Assembly (NCBI GenBank): GCA_037305845.1
Contig: CP147778.1
Span: 1,120,001-1,184,000, forward strand
Length of the DNA: 64,000 nt
Reading direction: 5' to 3'
Origin: Candidatus Freyarchaeum deiterrae
GTDB taxonomy: Archaea > Asgardarchaeota > Jordiarchaeia > Jordiarchaeales > Jordiarchaeaceae
A program made the position numbers and the translations under genes. This document shows, piece by piece, positions 38,993 through 49,366 of this stretch (the stretch's first letter is position 1; every line of letters starts with the position of its first letter). A model generated the notes under the pieces. That model was not told the DNA's origin, did not search any database, and was given only the letters and a program-made list of their open reading frames with translations.

Positions 38993-39754
38993 TTACCAGC
39001 CGTTGTTATTTTTGCGGGTAGAACCCTGTTTTACAGTGCCGAGTTTATTTTTTGTTAATAGTTCAGGTATAATTAAGGAGATGTCTTTTAAAATCAGGTC
39101 CGCTCCCGCTGATTTCAATTCGTCGGCTGAGTGTCCCGATGATAGAACTCCTATGGATTTTGCGCCTACGTTTTGGGCGGAAATCATATCGGTTGGATGA
39201 TCACCAACTATAATTGCTTGTTCGGCTGTAACTCCGAGTAAAGATAGTGTCTTATACAAGTGATGTGAGTCGGGTTTGGGTTTTTCCACATCATCCCTTG
39301 CAACGATAACATCAAAGAAAGAGCGGATTCCCACGCGATCGAGAAGAGAATTGACAGTGGAGTTCTTATTGAGGGTAAAAATCCCTAATTTGAATCCTTT
39401 GCTCTTGAGCTTTTGAAGGACTTCAATCGTTCCAGGGATTAGTGAGGTTTTATGAGCAGCTTCAATCTCGTACTTTTCGATAGCTTGGTCAATTTCTTTT
39501 GACATACTGGCAATCTTTATGTCTGAGTCTTTCTGAGAACTAATAATGGGAGTTGATTTTTCAACCATCTTGGCTATTGTTTGATCTAGTGAGAGTATCG
39601 ACGCGGGGGCTCCGTATTTTACGAGAATTTTTATTACGTCTTTTCGGGCGGAAAAGACATCAATTTTAAAGTAGACGAGGGTTCCATCGCAGTCAAAAAC
39701 AAAAGCCTTCTTTCCCTCTAACAAGTTATTATTACCGCTTACACCGTTAACCAA
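38993..39754 (-). CDS. HAD-family phosphatase
   Basis: FDCDGTL, KPKP, VGDHPTD. Confidence 0.9.
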   Translation of the reverse strand: MVNGVSGNNNLLEGKKAFVFDCDGTLVYFKIDVFSARKDVIKILVKYGAPASILSLDQTIAKMVEKSTPIISSQKDSDIKIASMSKEIDQAIEKYEIEAAHKTSLIPGTIEVLQKLKSKGFKLGIFTLNKNSTVNSLLDRVGIRSFFDVIVARDDVEKPKPDSHHLYKTLSLLGVTAEQAIIVGDHPTDMISAQNVGAKSIGVLSSGHSADELKSAGADLILKDISLIIPELLTKNKLGTVKQGSTRKNNNGW

Positions 39755-39930
39755 TCAAATGACACCCATAAAGCCCTGTTAATACATGTTCAGAATAAGA
39801 TAAGAAATCTTTAAATTTTTGTATTTATTTCCCGCAATGTTTTGTAATTTCAATAGGACTGGATAGGAGGACACTAAAAGGGTAATGACATTTTTGAGAC
39901 ATAATTCACTCTATTTTTCAATTCAGGTTC

Positions 39931-40605
39931 TTAGGTACTTTTGATTTTTATCTTTTTCATTTTTAGTAGAGTGTGTGATAACTTTGTAACATTTTCTATG
40001 CTTTGCCCTATTTCTTGAGCCACTTGTTCTAGTGTTTTTTCTCCGTTAAGAAGCATGTAAAAAATTAAAACCCAATCATTTAAATTTTTTAAATCATTAA
40101 AATCTGGACTATCTATTAAATTTTCCAAAGTTGTATTTTTACTAAAAACTGTTTCGCGTGTAATTAACGGTGGATTTTTTTCAGTCGGTTTTTTAATATT
40201 TATTAATGCATTCCAGGCTTCTTGTTCCTCCCTTTTTTCTGTTCTAACTCTTGGAATAGTAACTGTTTCATTGTTCACTGGGAGTATGGTTTTGTTTTCT
40301 ATGTAATCTCTTAACTTATTCAAAGCCTTGTTAAATTCCAAGTAGAAAGTCCCTAAATTGGGTGCCTTGTATGAAGATAGGACAAACACATAGTTTCCAA
40401 AACGGGCTATAATGACTCTGCTAGTCGCCCTTTCGAGTATTGCGCGTTCGACGGTAATATTTAGAGCAAAGAAAGATTTCACAAGCTTGGTTGTTTCCTC
40501 ATCAACATGGGACACGAGGGTCTCCCCATTTGAGGTGAAAAGAGCGCATTTATCTACATAGTTTGAGTTCTCTATCTTGCCCAAAACTTCCTCGAACTGT
40601 TCCAA
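39931..40605 (-). CDS. Roadblock/profilin-like domain plus C-terminal winged HTH
   Basis: CALFTSNGETLVS...PNLG; C-terminal NGEKTLEQVAQEIG. Confidence 0.55.
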   Translation of the reverse strand: MEQFEEVLGKIENSNYVDKCALFTSNGETLVSHVDEETTKLVKSFFALNITVERAILERATSRVIIARFGNYVFVLSSYKAPNLGTFYLEFNKALNKLRDYIENKTILPVNNETVTIPRVRTEKREEQEAWNALINIKKPTEKNPPLITRETVFSKNTTLENLIDSPDFNDLKNLNDWVLIFYMLLNGEKTLEQVAQEIGQSIENVTKLSHTLLKMKKIKIKST

Positions 40606-40735
40606 CCCGCCTACACCTGCAAATTACAATATATATAGTATTATGTAATTCATATATTAAAATTAGTAGTATATAATCTTTACTATCTTAATAAAGCTTC
40701 GTATTTATTAAAAAAATAGTTGATTTCACTAGAAA

Positions 40736-41152
40736 CTAAATTTGTGTTCCCTTGATTTTCTCAAGAAGTTTATGAAGGTGATCATAACCGACAGCGCCCA
40801 AAACACTATCAACTGGCTTGCCATCTTTAAAGATAATGAATGTGGGAACAGCCGTGACACCGAAAGCTTGAGCAATTCCTTGTTCCTCGTCTATATCCAC
40901 CTTGCCGAAGATAATTTTGCCCGAGAAATCTTTTGCTAAGCGTTCAAAAATAGGAGCCGTCATGCGGCAGGGACCGCACCACTGGGCTGAGTAATCTATT
41001 ATAACTGGGACTTTGGAATTTTTTATTGTCTCCGCGAATTTTGTTGAATCCATGTGTATTACTCCCGAAGAGCTTTGCGATAGGGGTTGTCGTCCCATCA
41101 ATTCTTTGAGCTTTTTTTCACGAATTCCTTTAAGTTCAGGGTCTTCCGCCAT
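40736..41152 (-). CDS. trxA: Thioredoxin
   Basis: WCGPC, VPTF. Confidence 0.93.
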   Translation of the reverse strand: MAEDPELKGIREKKLKELMGRQPLSQSSSGVIHMDSTKFAETIKNSKVPVIIDYSAQWCGPCRMTAPIFERLAKDFSGKIIFGKVDIDEEQGIAQAFGVTAVPTFIIFKDGKPVDSVLGAVGYDHLHKLLEKIKGTQI

Positions 41153-41381
41153 TTTTTTCCCTCTCGTTATTTATGATCCTATTTCATGATTGTTCAATTA
41201 TCGAGAACAACCAATTTAAGATTTAAATATTTTACGCCTTTAAACACATTTATTAAATTATATGAGAAGCAAATATCATTAGCAGAATAGAGCGAGCAAC
41301 AAATAGAGGCATAAGAGCCAACGTAATAGTAGGAAGTATTCACATCTTTACAAATAATATTTAATTTTTATTTAGCTCTAA

Positions 41382-41747
41382 TTACTTGGTCTTTTTCCAT
41401 CCCTCTTCCAGGAAATGCACCATCTTCTCATACCATTGGTCTAAAGCCGCTCTAACCATTTTTTTAACTTCTGAAGACGGAGCCGCTTCGTATTCGTAGT
41501 AGTAACCTCCCCTAGCTATGCTCATTGTCCTTCTTGTTGCCAAACCTTTACTTATTAGGTTTGTCAGGGATCTTTGAATTGTACTCCTATTCCGATGCAG
41601 TTTATCAGCGATTTCCTGAACCTGCACAGGACCATCTAAAAGAGTGAAATAAGTTTTTACCTCCAATTCTCTGATTCCTAGGGCACACTTGATTATATCT
41701 GTAGCTTCCAGTTTGCCTGCGGCTATCTGCGCCCTCATCTCTTCCAT
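41382..41747 (-). CDS. TrmB-like HTH transcriptional regulator
   Basis: IKCALG, EIADKLHRNRSTIQRSL, GGYYYEY. Confidence 0.85.
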   Translation of the reverse strand: MEEMRAQIAAGKLEATDIIKCALGIRELEVKTYFTLLDGPVQVQEIADKLHRNRSTIQRSLTNLISKGLATRRTMSIARGGYYYEYEAAPSSEVKKMVRAALDQWYEKMVHFLEEGWKKTK

Positions 41748-41965
41748 CAATATTATCACCATTAAAATGATGATTTGGATATCTAATAAATGTTGTGCAA
41801 AATATGGAACATCTATGAACATACGCACACTACTTGTACAACCCTAACTCATAATTAGTAGAAAAACGAAGTAACTCTTCAACTTGAAATAGTGTATACA
41901 AAAATTTTTTCTTCTCTAAAGAAAGAGGAATAATATTTTTGACGAGAATGTTTGTGTATTTTTGT

Positions 41966-43168
41966 TTAATCGGTTTTAACATATTTTTTAAGTTCTTTTT
42001 CAGGCAGTCCAAGAGCAAAAAGTATGCTTAGAAGATTCTTCTGATCGATTACTCCATCGGCTACCTGTTTAAGAACTTTTTTAGCGTTAAATGCGATACT
42101 GAGCCCCGCGTTACCCAACATAAACCTGTCGTTCGCGCCGTCTCCAACTGCAACAATCTCATCTTTGGATATTCCTTCGATTTCGGAAATCCAGTGTATT
42201 ATGTCTGCCTTCTTTTCACCGTCGATTATTGGTTCTTCTACTTCTCCGGTGAGGAATCCGTTCTTGATGATTAGTTTGTTGCCAAAGGCGTAATCGAGAC
42301 CTAGCTTTTCTTTTAATCGGTCAGTGAAATAGGTGAAACCGCCGCTTATGAGAGCTATCTTGTAGCCCATTGATTTCAGGGATCTTACGAGTTCCTCCGC
42401 CCCCGGAGTCAAATGCATGTTTTCCGCTATTTCCTCTAGGTGCTTCACCCTTAAGCCTGTTAAGAGTTTAACGCGTTCGCGGACAGCTTCAATGAAGTCG
42501 ATTTTTCCGGCCATAGCCTCTCTGGTTATTTCTCTGACCTGTTCTCCCACTCCGGCAGCCTTAGCGATTTCGTCGATTGTTTCTTCGTCTACTAGAGTGG
42601 AATCCATATCAAATACTACAAGTTTTTTTGATTTTTGGTAAACATTTTCTCTCTGCAGAATAACACTAGTTCCCAGGGTTTCACATAGGCTTTGGAGTTC
42701 TACTCTGACTTTCTCTAAAGGGGATTTTAAATCGCTGAGATCCACCAGCATTTCCATAGCGATCATTTCGCCTCTAGCAATCATCCGGATTTTCTCGATG
42801 TTAATATTGTAGTTCCCTAACAATGTTGAGGTTTTTGCAACAATGCCGGGTCGGTCTATTCCCAGAAGCGTTATAAGAGCCAATTCTTTTTCTGATTTTC
42901 TTCTTCCCTCTAAGTATGGTTCTAAAGTAACCTGTAAGTCTACTTCTGCTCCCTTTTTTGCCAACCTATTCTTAAGTTCATCAGCAGAAGCGGTCGCCAA
43001 GCTAATATCCACAATCATGAACATGGCGAATAAGCCTCTAAGCACAGTTTCCTCAACATCAACAATATTAGCATTAACGTCCGCTATTACATTAGTTAAC
43101 TTGGAAACTAGACCCGGTTTATCTTGGCCTATTGCGGTTACGATAACAAGTTTTGAGGCTTTTTCCAA
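41966..43168 (-). CDS. serB: Phosphoserine phosphatase with two ACT domains
   Basis: GQDKPG and GIDRPG ACT domains; FDMDSTL, SGGF, GDGAND. Confidence 0.93.
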   Translation of the reverse strand: MEKASKLVIVTAIGQDKPGLVSKLTNVIADVNANIVDVEETVLRGLFAMFMIVDISLATASADELKNRLAKKGAEVDLQVTLEPYLEGRRKSEKELALITLLGIDRPGIVAKTSTLLGNYNINIEKIRMIARGEMIAMEMLVDLSDLKSPLEKVRVELQSLCETLGTSVILQRENVYQKSKKLVVFDMDSTLVDEETIDEIAKAAGVGEQVREITREAMAGKIDFIEAVRERVKLLTGLRVKHLEEIAENMHLTPGAEELVRSLKSMGYKIALISGGFTYFTDRLKEKLGLDYAFGNKLIIKNGFLTGEVEEPIIDGEKKADIIHWISEIEGISKDEIVAVGDGANDRFMLGNAGLSIAFNAKKVLKQVADGVIDQKNLLSILFALGLPEKELKKYVKTD

Positions 43169-43671
43169 TTTTTATCCTCCAAAAGCGGTATCAATAAATG
43201 CAGGGAACCAGCAAGAAGATGTTAAGACAAAATCTAGTTTTTAGATTAGTTATTATCAAATGCAACAGAAAAAATGTATAAAAAGATTTCTAAGAAATCC
43301 TTTGACAAGTCAAACCGCTGGTATTTTATATATATCTTTGAAGGCGCTTCATTACCTTCAAATAATCTGATTTTTGGGATTTTTCAACTATCAGCACTCT
43401 AACTCTTTGCGTCAATGAAGATGGTCATAATATTCTCGATTTTAGGATAAGTTCTTTTGAGGATTGTTGCTGCGATTTAGGGCAATTCGTAGTTGAAATT
43501 ATTTTTTGACAATTGATTGTTTTTGTTCGTAGAAGTTATCTTTTTGTTTATTTTTTTTAATTTTTTGTATTAAAAATTTATTTTTGATGTTGTTCTTATG
43601 GTAACATATATATAGGTATGGCTGTATTGGAAAACAAATTCTTAGAGTGTTATTCTAGAGGTGGTAACACA

Positions 43672-44454
43672 GTGGTGAGCAATACTACAATAGAGGCGTT
43701 AAAGAATTTTGGCCTTTGTGAGTATGAGTCTAAAGCGTACATTGCTTTGGTTTCTTTAGGTGTTGCCACTGTGAAACAGGTTTGTGAAATAGCCAATATA
43801 CCTCAACCTCGAGCTTATGATATTCTTGCCGCCCTTGAGGAGAAAGGATTGGTTGAAGTGCAGCAAGGTAGACCCAAACTCTACAAAGCTGTAGAACCCC
43901 GCATAGCTTTTCGGCGACTTGAAAAAGCACTTAGTAGAGACAAGGAGTATGCTATAGAAGAACTCAGCGATTTTTACGGATTACAGAAGTCAAAACAGGA
44001 ATTATGGACGATGCATGGAAAACCGAACATCATTAACAAAATAGAAGAGATGCTTATAGGAGCGAAGCAATACGTTATGCTGTCATTCCCGAAAGAATTA
44101 CTCCTAGAAATAGAAAAAACGCTTACGGCTGTGTCCGAAAAGGGCATAGAACTCAAGATATGGACCGGCGCCGAAGAAAATAATTCAAATTTTGCTCTCC
44201 GCTTTAAAAGTAATATTGAGATGGTTTCTGAGAACCAAGTATACGCAAATCTCCTAGTTGTTGATGAAAATGAAGCCCTAATTTCGTCTGGACATGTTGA
44301 AAATTATAAAGGCCCTTGGATAGGAATATGGACGAACGAACCTAGCTTTGTCAAGCTTATTAGCACATTCTTCAATAAACTCTGGAAAGAAAAAAAACTT
44401 GAGGAAGAGAAAGAATTTCTAGTTAGAGATTTAATGGGGCTCCAATCTCCCTAA
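43672..44454 (+). CDS. TrmB family transcriptional regulator
   Basis: FGLCEYESKAY, IPQPRAYDIL..LEEKGLV, RPKLYKAV; effector domain. Confidence 0.88.
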   Translation: MVSNTTIEALKNFGLCEYESKAYIALVSLGVATVKQVCEIANIPQPRAYDILAALEEKGLVEVQQGRPKLYKAVEPRIAFRRLEKALSRDKEYAIEELSDFYGLQKSKQELWTMHGKPNIINKIEEMLIGAKQYVMLSFPKELLLEIEKTLTAVSEKGIELKIWTGAEENNSNFALRFKSNIEMVSENQVYANLLVVDENEALISSGHVENYKGPWIGIWTNEPSFVKLISTFFNKLWKEKKLEEEKEFLVRDLMGLQSP

Positions 44455-44606
44455 ACAAACACAAACTAAAATAAAATCTTCAATAAATAATTTATCCATC
44501 TGAAACCTAAAACGCTCTATCCATAAAATCGGAAAAATATCATCTGCATAAACAGAGCCATTTTTTTGCAGCTACAGGATTCCTATTGGTTTATGGTAGA
44601 AGTGGT

Positions 44607-45884
44607 TTACTCGATTTTATCAACTTTTTTTCTGGCAGTTTCTCCTCTACCAAGTGCTTCATGCGCACGTGCAAGGTGGCCTGCAGACAATGCGGCGATA
44701 AGGGATATCTCTCCGGCGAGAGTGGCTGAGCAAGCTATCTCAGCGAACTTTTTGGAGAGAGTGCCTGGAGGTTTCCCCTTTATGAAGCCGCCGCCACAGT
44801 CCATTATGTAAAGAGCCTCCTGCATCTGGCTGAGCCACATTCCTCCGCCTATGGTTCCACAAATCATTGATGGAAGCGTCAGAGACATGTACAAATCGCC
44901 GTCGTTAATTACCTCAGCTGTAACTATTCCCATACTTGACTCGCCAATATGGGCGGCGTCTTGCCCCGTGGCAATCCAAAGGGCGGCGATGATATTTGCT
45001 GCATGGGAGTTAAAGCCGTATGATGCCGCCTGAGCGGAGCCTACATATATTTTGCGATAAACTACATCAACCATCCTTTCAGCGGTAGTTTTTAGGGTTT
45101 CATTTATATAATCTTTTTTTAGAACTGCCTCGGACTGAACAGTCTTACCTCTTCCAAGAATAAAGTTGAGAGCTGTCGGCTTTTTGTCAACGCACATATT
45201 GCCGCTTAGTGCGATGGTTTCCGCCCAGGGAAGATTCTCCTGAATAAAGTTGCACACAGCCTCAGACGCGCTGGTAACCATGTTCATTCCCATAGCGTCA
45301 GCTGTGTCTGCGAGAAGTCTAAGGAATACGTTTCTTCCGACTATCCAATATTGGAAATCTAAGAGGTTCAAAAATGGGTCTTTACCCTTAAATACTTCAC
45401 GCACTTTTTCGAAGTTATCTTTTACCCAGTTTACGAGTTTAACTGCATGCTCGGTATCTGGGACTTCTATGCATGGTGCTCTAGTAATAGCGCTCTTGAA
45501 CACCTGGGCTCTCGCTCCACCACTCGCTGTTATTATGCTGCATCCTCTGTTAACGCTCGCTACCAGAGCTCCCTCCGTAGTGGCTAGCGGTATAAGGTAG
45601 TCTCCGTCTGCTACCTCTCCTTTTACCTTTATTGGACCTGCGATTCCTAGGGGTATCTGTTGGACTCCTATGGGGGCCTCGATGTTTCTTGACGCTGTTT
45701 GCTTCATGTCTATTGAGTAGGATCCGATGTGTTTGAGTTCTTTTCCGATTATTTTTTCCAAGGCTTTTCTTCTTATGGTTGCTGCGGTTTCTGTATCCGC
45801 GTATTTTTCAACTTGGTAGAATTTGATTTCACCTTTGATTAGCTTTTCAATCAAATCTTTTTCGGTTTGTTTTTGTTGGACCAT
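44607..45884 (-). CDS. hmgA: HMG-CoA reductase (class I)
   Basis: ATTEGALVAS, DAMGMNM, DKK, GQDAAH. Confidence 0.95.
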   Translation of the reverse strand: MVQQKQTEKDLIEKLIKGEIKFYQVEKYADTETAATIRRKALEKIIGKELKHIGSYSIDMKQTASRNIEAPIGVQQIPLGIAGPIKVKGEVADGDYLIPLATTEGALVASVNRGCSIITASGGARAQVFKSAITRAPCIEVPDTEHAVKLVNWVKDNFEKVREVFKGKDPFLNLLDFQYWIVGRNVFLRLLADTADAMGMNMVTSASEAVCNFIQENLPWAETIALSGNMCVDKKPTALNFILGRGKTVQSEAVLKKDYINETLKTTAERMVDVVYRKIYVGSAQAASYGFNSHAANIIAALWIATGQDAAHIGESSMGIVTAEVINDGDLYMSLTLPSMICGTIGGGMWLSQMQEALYIMDCGGGFIKGKPPGTLSKKFAEIACSATLAGEISLIAALSAGHLARAHEALGRGETARKKVDKIE

Positions 45885-45902
45885 TTCTTTCGCACTTCAC
45901 TC

Positions 45903-46322
45903 TTAACTTTTTTCAATTTCAACTATTCCCTTTTCGCTATCTACAACTACTTTATCACCGTTTTTTATTACACTAAGAGGATCCTGCTCTAGTCTGTGGA
46001 CCAATGGGATTTCTCCAATAACCGCTCCTACCAGTGTTACGGTGTCTGACTCCCTTTGAATGATGGCTTTGGGCGCTAATCCCTTATTGGCTAAGTTGAT
46101 TAGCACGTAGGAGCCTACTGTTGATCCGATTCCTGTGCTAAATACTAGGATTTTTCCTTTGATGTTTTTTCCTTCTAGTTCATGTCCTTTTTGTATAACA
46201 TTTCCTGTGTTTGGGTCTATGAATCCAAGGAAGGATATGGGCATCTGAGTTACTAGCGCTTCTCCTTCTACTCTCGGCTGTTTTAATCCTCTTAGACCTT
46301 CTCCCTTCAATGTAAGTTTCAT
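45903..46322 (-). CDS. Phosphomevalonate dehydratase small subunit (AcnX swivel, DUF126)
   Basis: ISFLGFIDP, GSTVGSYV; mevalonate operon context. Confidence 0.88.
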   Translation of the reverse strand: MKLTLKGEGLRGLKQPRVEGEALVTQMPISFLGFIDPNTGNVIQKGHELEGKNIKGKILVFSTGIGSTVGSYVLINLANKGLAPKAIIQRESDTVTLVGAVIGEIPLVHRLEQDPLSVIKNGDKVVVDSEKGIVEIEKS

Positions 46323-47509
46323 TAGACTTTTTCCCCCATAGCTATTTTCAAACAGTTTTCTAGGGGTTCCACTGCGGATTCGGTTTTGCTCATTGTTGGA
46401 AGATAGTGAGCTGCCTTAAGGGAATCCGTTAGAGCTAAATCGAATTTAGGCATGGGGCTGACAACGGGACAGGTGTCACAAAAAATTTTGGCTCCCATCC
46501 GCTCTATTCTTTGGGCATATCCCATTGATTCTGCTATTAGTCTGATGGGTCGTGAAGTAAAAATCCAAAGCTTTGTTCGACTTGAGATGGGAGATACGAG
46601 TAGTTCAGAAATCCTCTTAAGGACGCTTATTGATGTGTGGGGGCATCCTATCATAACAATGTCCGGTTGGGATGTTGGAGCAAAATCTTCTCTAAGTTTG
46701 TTTAGATTTTTCTGATCTATTATTATTTTTTCCAAGGTTTTTTCTTCGAATTTACCCTGTGTGTATTCATTAATATAGAACAGAGCTATAGAACCAGAGG
46801 CTGCCATGGCAGCCGACATTTGCTTGGCTTGCTGGATATCTATATTTGGAACTTTTTGTAAGAGTGGAATTTTTGAGCTAAAATTCTTTCCGATGTTGTA
46901 TCCTATCAAGCCATAATCAGTAGGGTTGGTGAGTTTTGTTTCTATTTTTACCGCTACTTCGGGAATTCGGTTTTCGGGTAGATGTAATCCATATTCAGGG
47001 GTTTTTCCGAGTATTGCTGAGGCGAGAGCCGACAGCCCGCTTTCTCTGTTTGTATGCGCTTCGAAAAATGAGTTCATGAAGGTTACCGCTGAAGACTCTG
47101 AGAAGGATATATGGTCACCTTTTTTCGCAACATTACCTAGCTCATAAGGGATACAACTGCATAAATCAACTATTCCCATGGATTGATACATTTTTATTAT
47201 TTTATTCTGTTTTGCAGCAAAGTCTTCCTTTATACCCATTTCTTTCCATTTTAATAGATCCATTCCGCTTGGGTTAAGGGTGGACACTACTTCTGTTTGG
47301 GGTTTGTTTTTTACAAAATTTTCCAAAACCTCTATTAGTGCGTCCCCTCCCGTTTTGTATGAGACCCCGGAAACATGTGTGGATTCTACTTTGATTAATT
47401 TCTCTGCGTGGAAGAAGTCTCCGAGTGCGCAAAGTATTTTCATAGAGAGTCTTTTGGTCTCTCCAAATTCGCCTTGAAGTATTTTTTCTTCTTCTCTACT
47501 GAGATACAT
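46322..47509 (-). CDS. Phosphomevalonate dehydratase large subunit (AcnX, DUF521)
   Basis: MYLSREEE, HVSGVSY, SESSAV, GCPH, DTCPVVSP, TDSLKA. Confidence 0.88.
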   Translation of the reverse strand: MYLSREEEKILQGEFGETKRLSMKILCALGDFFHAEKLIKVESTHVSGVSYKTGGDALIEVLENFVKNKPQTEVVSTLNPSGMDLLKWKEMGIKEDFAAKQNKIIKMYQSMGIVDLCSCIPYELGNVAKKGDHISFSESSAVTFMNSFFEAHTNRESGLSALASAILGKTPEYGLHLPENRIPEVAVKIETKLTNPTDYGLIGYNIGKNFSSKIPLLQKVPNIDIQQAKQMSAAMAASGSIALFYINEYTQGKFEEKTLEKIIIDQKNLNKLREDFAPTSQPDIVMIGCPHTSISVLKRISELLVSPISSRTKLWIFTSRPIRLIAESMGYAQRIERMGAKIFCDTCPVVSPMPKFDLALTDSLKAAHYLPTMSKTESAVEPLENCLKIAMGEKV

Positions 47510-48794
47510 AATCCTCAACTCTGATTGTGTCTTTACCAAGAATTTTCGCTGGGATAAAATGGGATCTGTCTTTATCGGAAGGTATTGTGGCGTCAATCCC
47601 CATTTTGGTTGTTTCTCGTGTTACTTGGTTTGCGGAAGGATCAAGCGAGGAACCTTTATCCTTTTTTAATATAAGATTTTTTGATGCTTGGAATCTGGTG
47701 GCGATGGCATATTCTACAGAGTTCAAATCATAAATGTCTATGTCATCATCCACTATGACCACGTGTTTCATGGATTTGTGCGCTCTAAAAGCGGCTTCGA
47801 TTGCGTTTTTTCCATCTTCTGGATTCTTCTTGTGGATTTGAACTATCCCATGTAGCCATGAGCAACCGCCAGGGGTTATTAAGACATTTTTACACTCGCA
47901 AACCTTATTTACCTCGTTAAAAATTGCGGGTTCCCTTGGCATACCCATAAGAAGTTTATGGTCGAGCCCTCCCGGCAGTAGAGCTTGGTATATGGGATTC
48001 TTAGCGTGTGTAAAATGCTTGATTTCAACTACCGGTTGCTTCCTAACGATATCGTAAGTACTGGTTAAGTCCAGAAAAGGCCCTTCGTCCACGCGTTCAC
48101 TAGTTATTTTCCCTTCAAGCACTATTTCACAGTCCGCTGGTACCTCTAGGTCTACTTTTTTACACTTAACCAGTTTTAGTTCTCGCAGGCTATTCGCAAC
48201 CTCTAATTCGTCTACAGTTATGTCTAAGGACGTAGCGGCTGCTAACAATAAAGAGGGATGGTTCCCAATGCAAATTGCAACTTCCATTTCGCCGCCGGTC
48301 TTTTTCAAATAAACATCGGTGTGTCTTTCTTCGACAAGCCTTGTAGCGAACCGTTTATCATCCAATTTCATGAGTCTGTGAAAAGAAACATTCCTCCCAA
48401 ACTCAGGATCACGAATTATGAACACCCCGGCTGTGATATAGGGCCCTCCGTCACCTGCAGTATGAGTAAGTATGGGTAAATTGTTCAAATCTACCTTTTC
48501 CGTTACTTCTTGGCACCTACCATTCTTAATTATTGCCGGCTCACTTCTTTTTTCAAACGCTTCAGCCAATCTGAATAATAGATCCTCCTTTCTCACATTT
48601 AACGCCAGGGCTAAAAGATCTCTACTTGAGCAGATATTGCCAACTACCCTGTACGGCGTCCCCTCTACCTGGTTGAAAAGAACGGGTTTCCCGTCTAATT
48701 TCTCCAGAAGAGCGGGAATTTCATGAGCAGATACCCTTTTATTAATTTCAATGATCATATTGCGAGACTTGAGATTAGTTAAGAATTCCCTCAA
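47496..48794 (-). CDS. UbiD-family anhydromevalonate phosphate decarboxylase
   Basis: DGGPYIT, EGPF, VDDDID, GSSLDPS; mevalonate operon context. Confidence 0.85.
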   Translation of the reverse strand: MREFLTNLKSRNMIIEINKRVSAHEIPALLEKLDGKPVLFNQVEGTPYRVVGNICSSRDLLALALNVRKEDLLFRLAEAFEKRSEPAIIKNGRCQEVTEKVDLNNLPILTHTAGDGGPYITAGVFIIRDPEFGRNVSFHRLMKLDDKRFATRLVEERHTDVYLKKTGGEMEVAICIGNHPSLLLAAATSLDITVDELEVANSLRELKLVKCKKVDLEVPADCEIVLEGKITSERVDEGPFLDLTSTYDIVRKQPVVEIKHFTHAKNPIYQALLPGGLDHKLLMGMPREPAIFNEVNKVCECKNVLITPGGCSWLHGIVQIHKKNPEDGKNAIEAAFRAHKSMKHVVIVDDDIDIYDLNSVEYAIATRFQASKNLILKKDKGSSLDPSANQVTRETTKMGIDATIPSDKDRSHFIPAKILGKDTIRVEDYVSQ

Positions 48795-48932
48795 AAATAA
48801 CAGTCTCCTTACATGTTATTATCGATAACAAAAAGAATATACAGTTTTAATCTTTTTGATACGCTTAGTTCAGATATAAGAAATCAAAAAGAAAGGCGTT
48901 TCAAATTATAACCTTTTAGTTATATTGAAGGT

Positions 48933-49352
48933 TCAACTCGGCTTCTTGAGAGTATTTTTCTTAAACAATGGACGGAACTTGTACGCGTAATAAATTATTC
49001 CGTCTTTACCATCTTCACTTACCTTTCTAATTACGGCTTCCACATCCATTCCGAGAGTTATATCTTCCGGTTTGCAATCCGTGAGCTGAGTAGTTAGGTG
49101 TGTTCCATCATCTAGTTCTAGTAGAGCAATCATGTAGGGTTTGAATATTTCGAAATTTGATGGAACTGTATGCATAATAGTGTAGGTAATAATTTTTCCC
49201 GTCTTGGGCAAAGCCATTTTTATCATATGATTCGAATTACAGTCAGGACAGACATCTCTAGGGGGAAAACAAACCTTTCCACACTGAGCGCACTTTTTAC
49301 CCTCCAATCGGTAACGTTGAGGGAGTTCTCTCCAAAACTTGGAAACATGCAT
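48933..49352 (-). CDS. DUF35 Zn-ribbon/OB-fold scaffold of the thiolase-HMGS complex
   Basis: CAQCG..FPPR.VCPDC, YKFRP. Confidence 0.9.
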   Translation of the reverse strand: MHVSKFWRELPQRYRLEGKKCAQCGKVCFPPRDVCPDCNSNHMIKMALPKTGKIITYTIMHTVPSNFEIFKPYMIALLELDDGTHLTTQLTDCKPEDITLGMDVEAVIRKVSEDGKDGIIYYAYKFRPLFKKNTLKKPS

Positions 49353-49366
49353 TAAACGTCCCCCGC

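Noticed and set aside
38800-39021. Small hydrophobic ORF between convergent genes
   Set aside because: No recognisable family or RBS. It may be a relic but cannot be supported.
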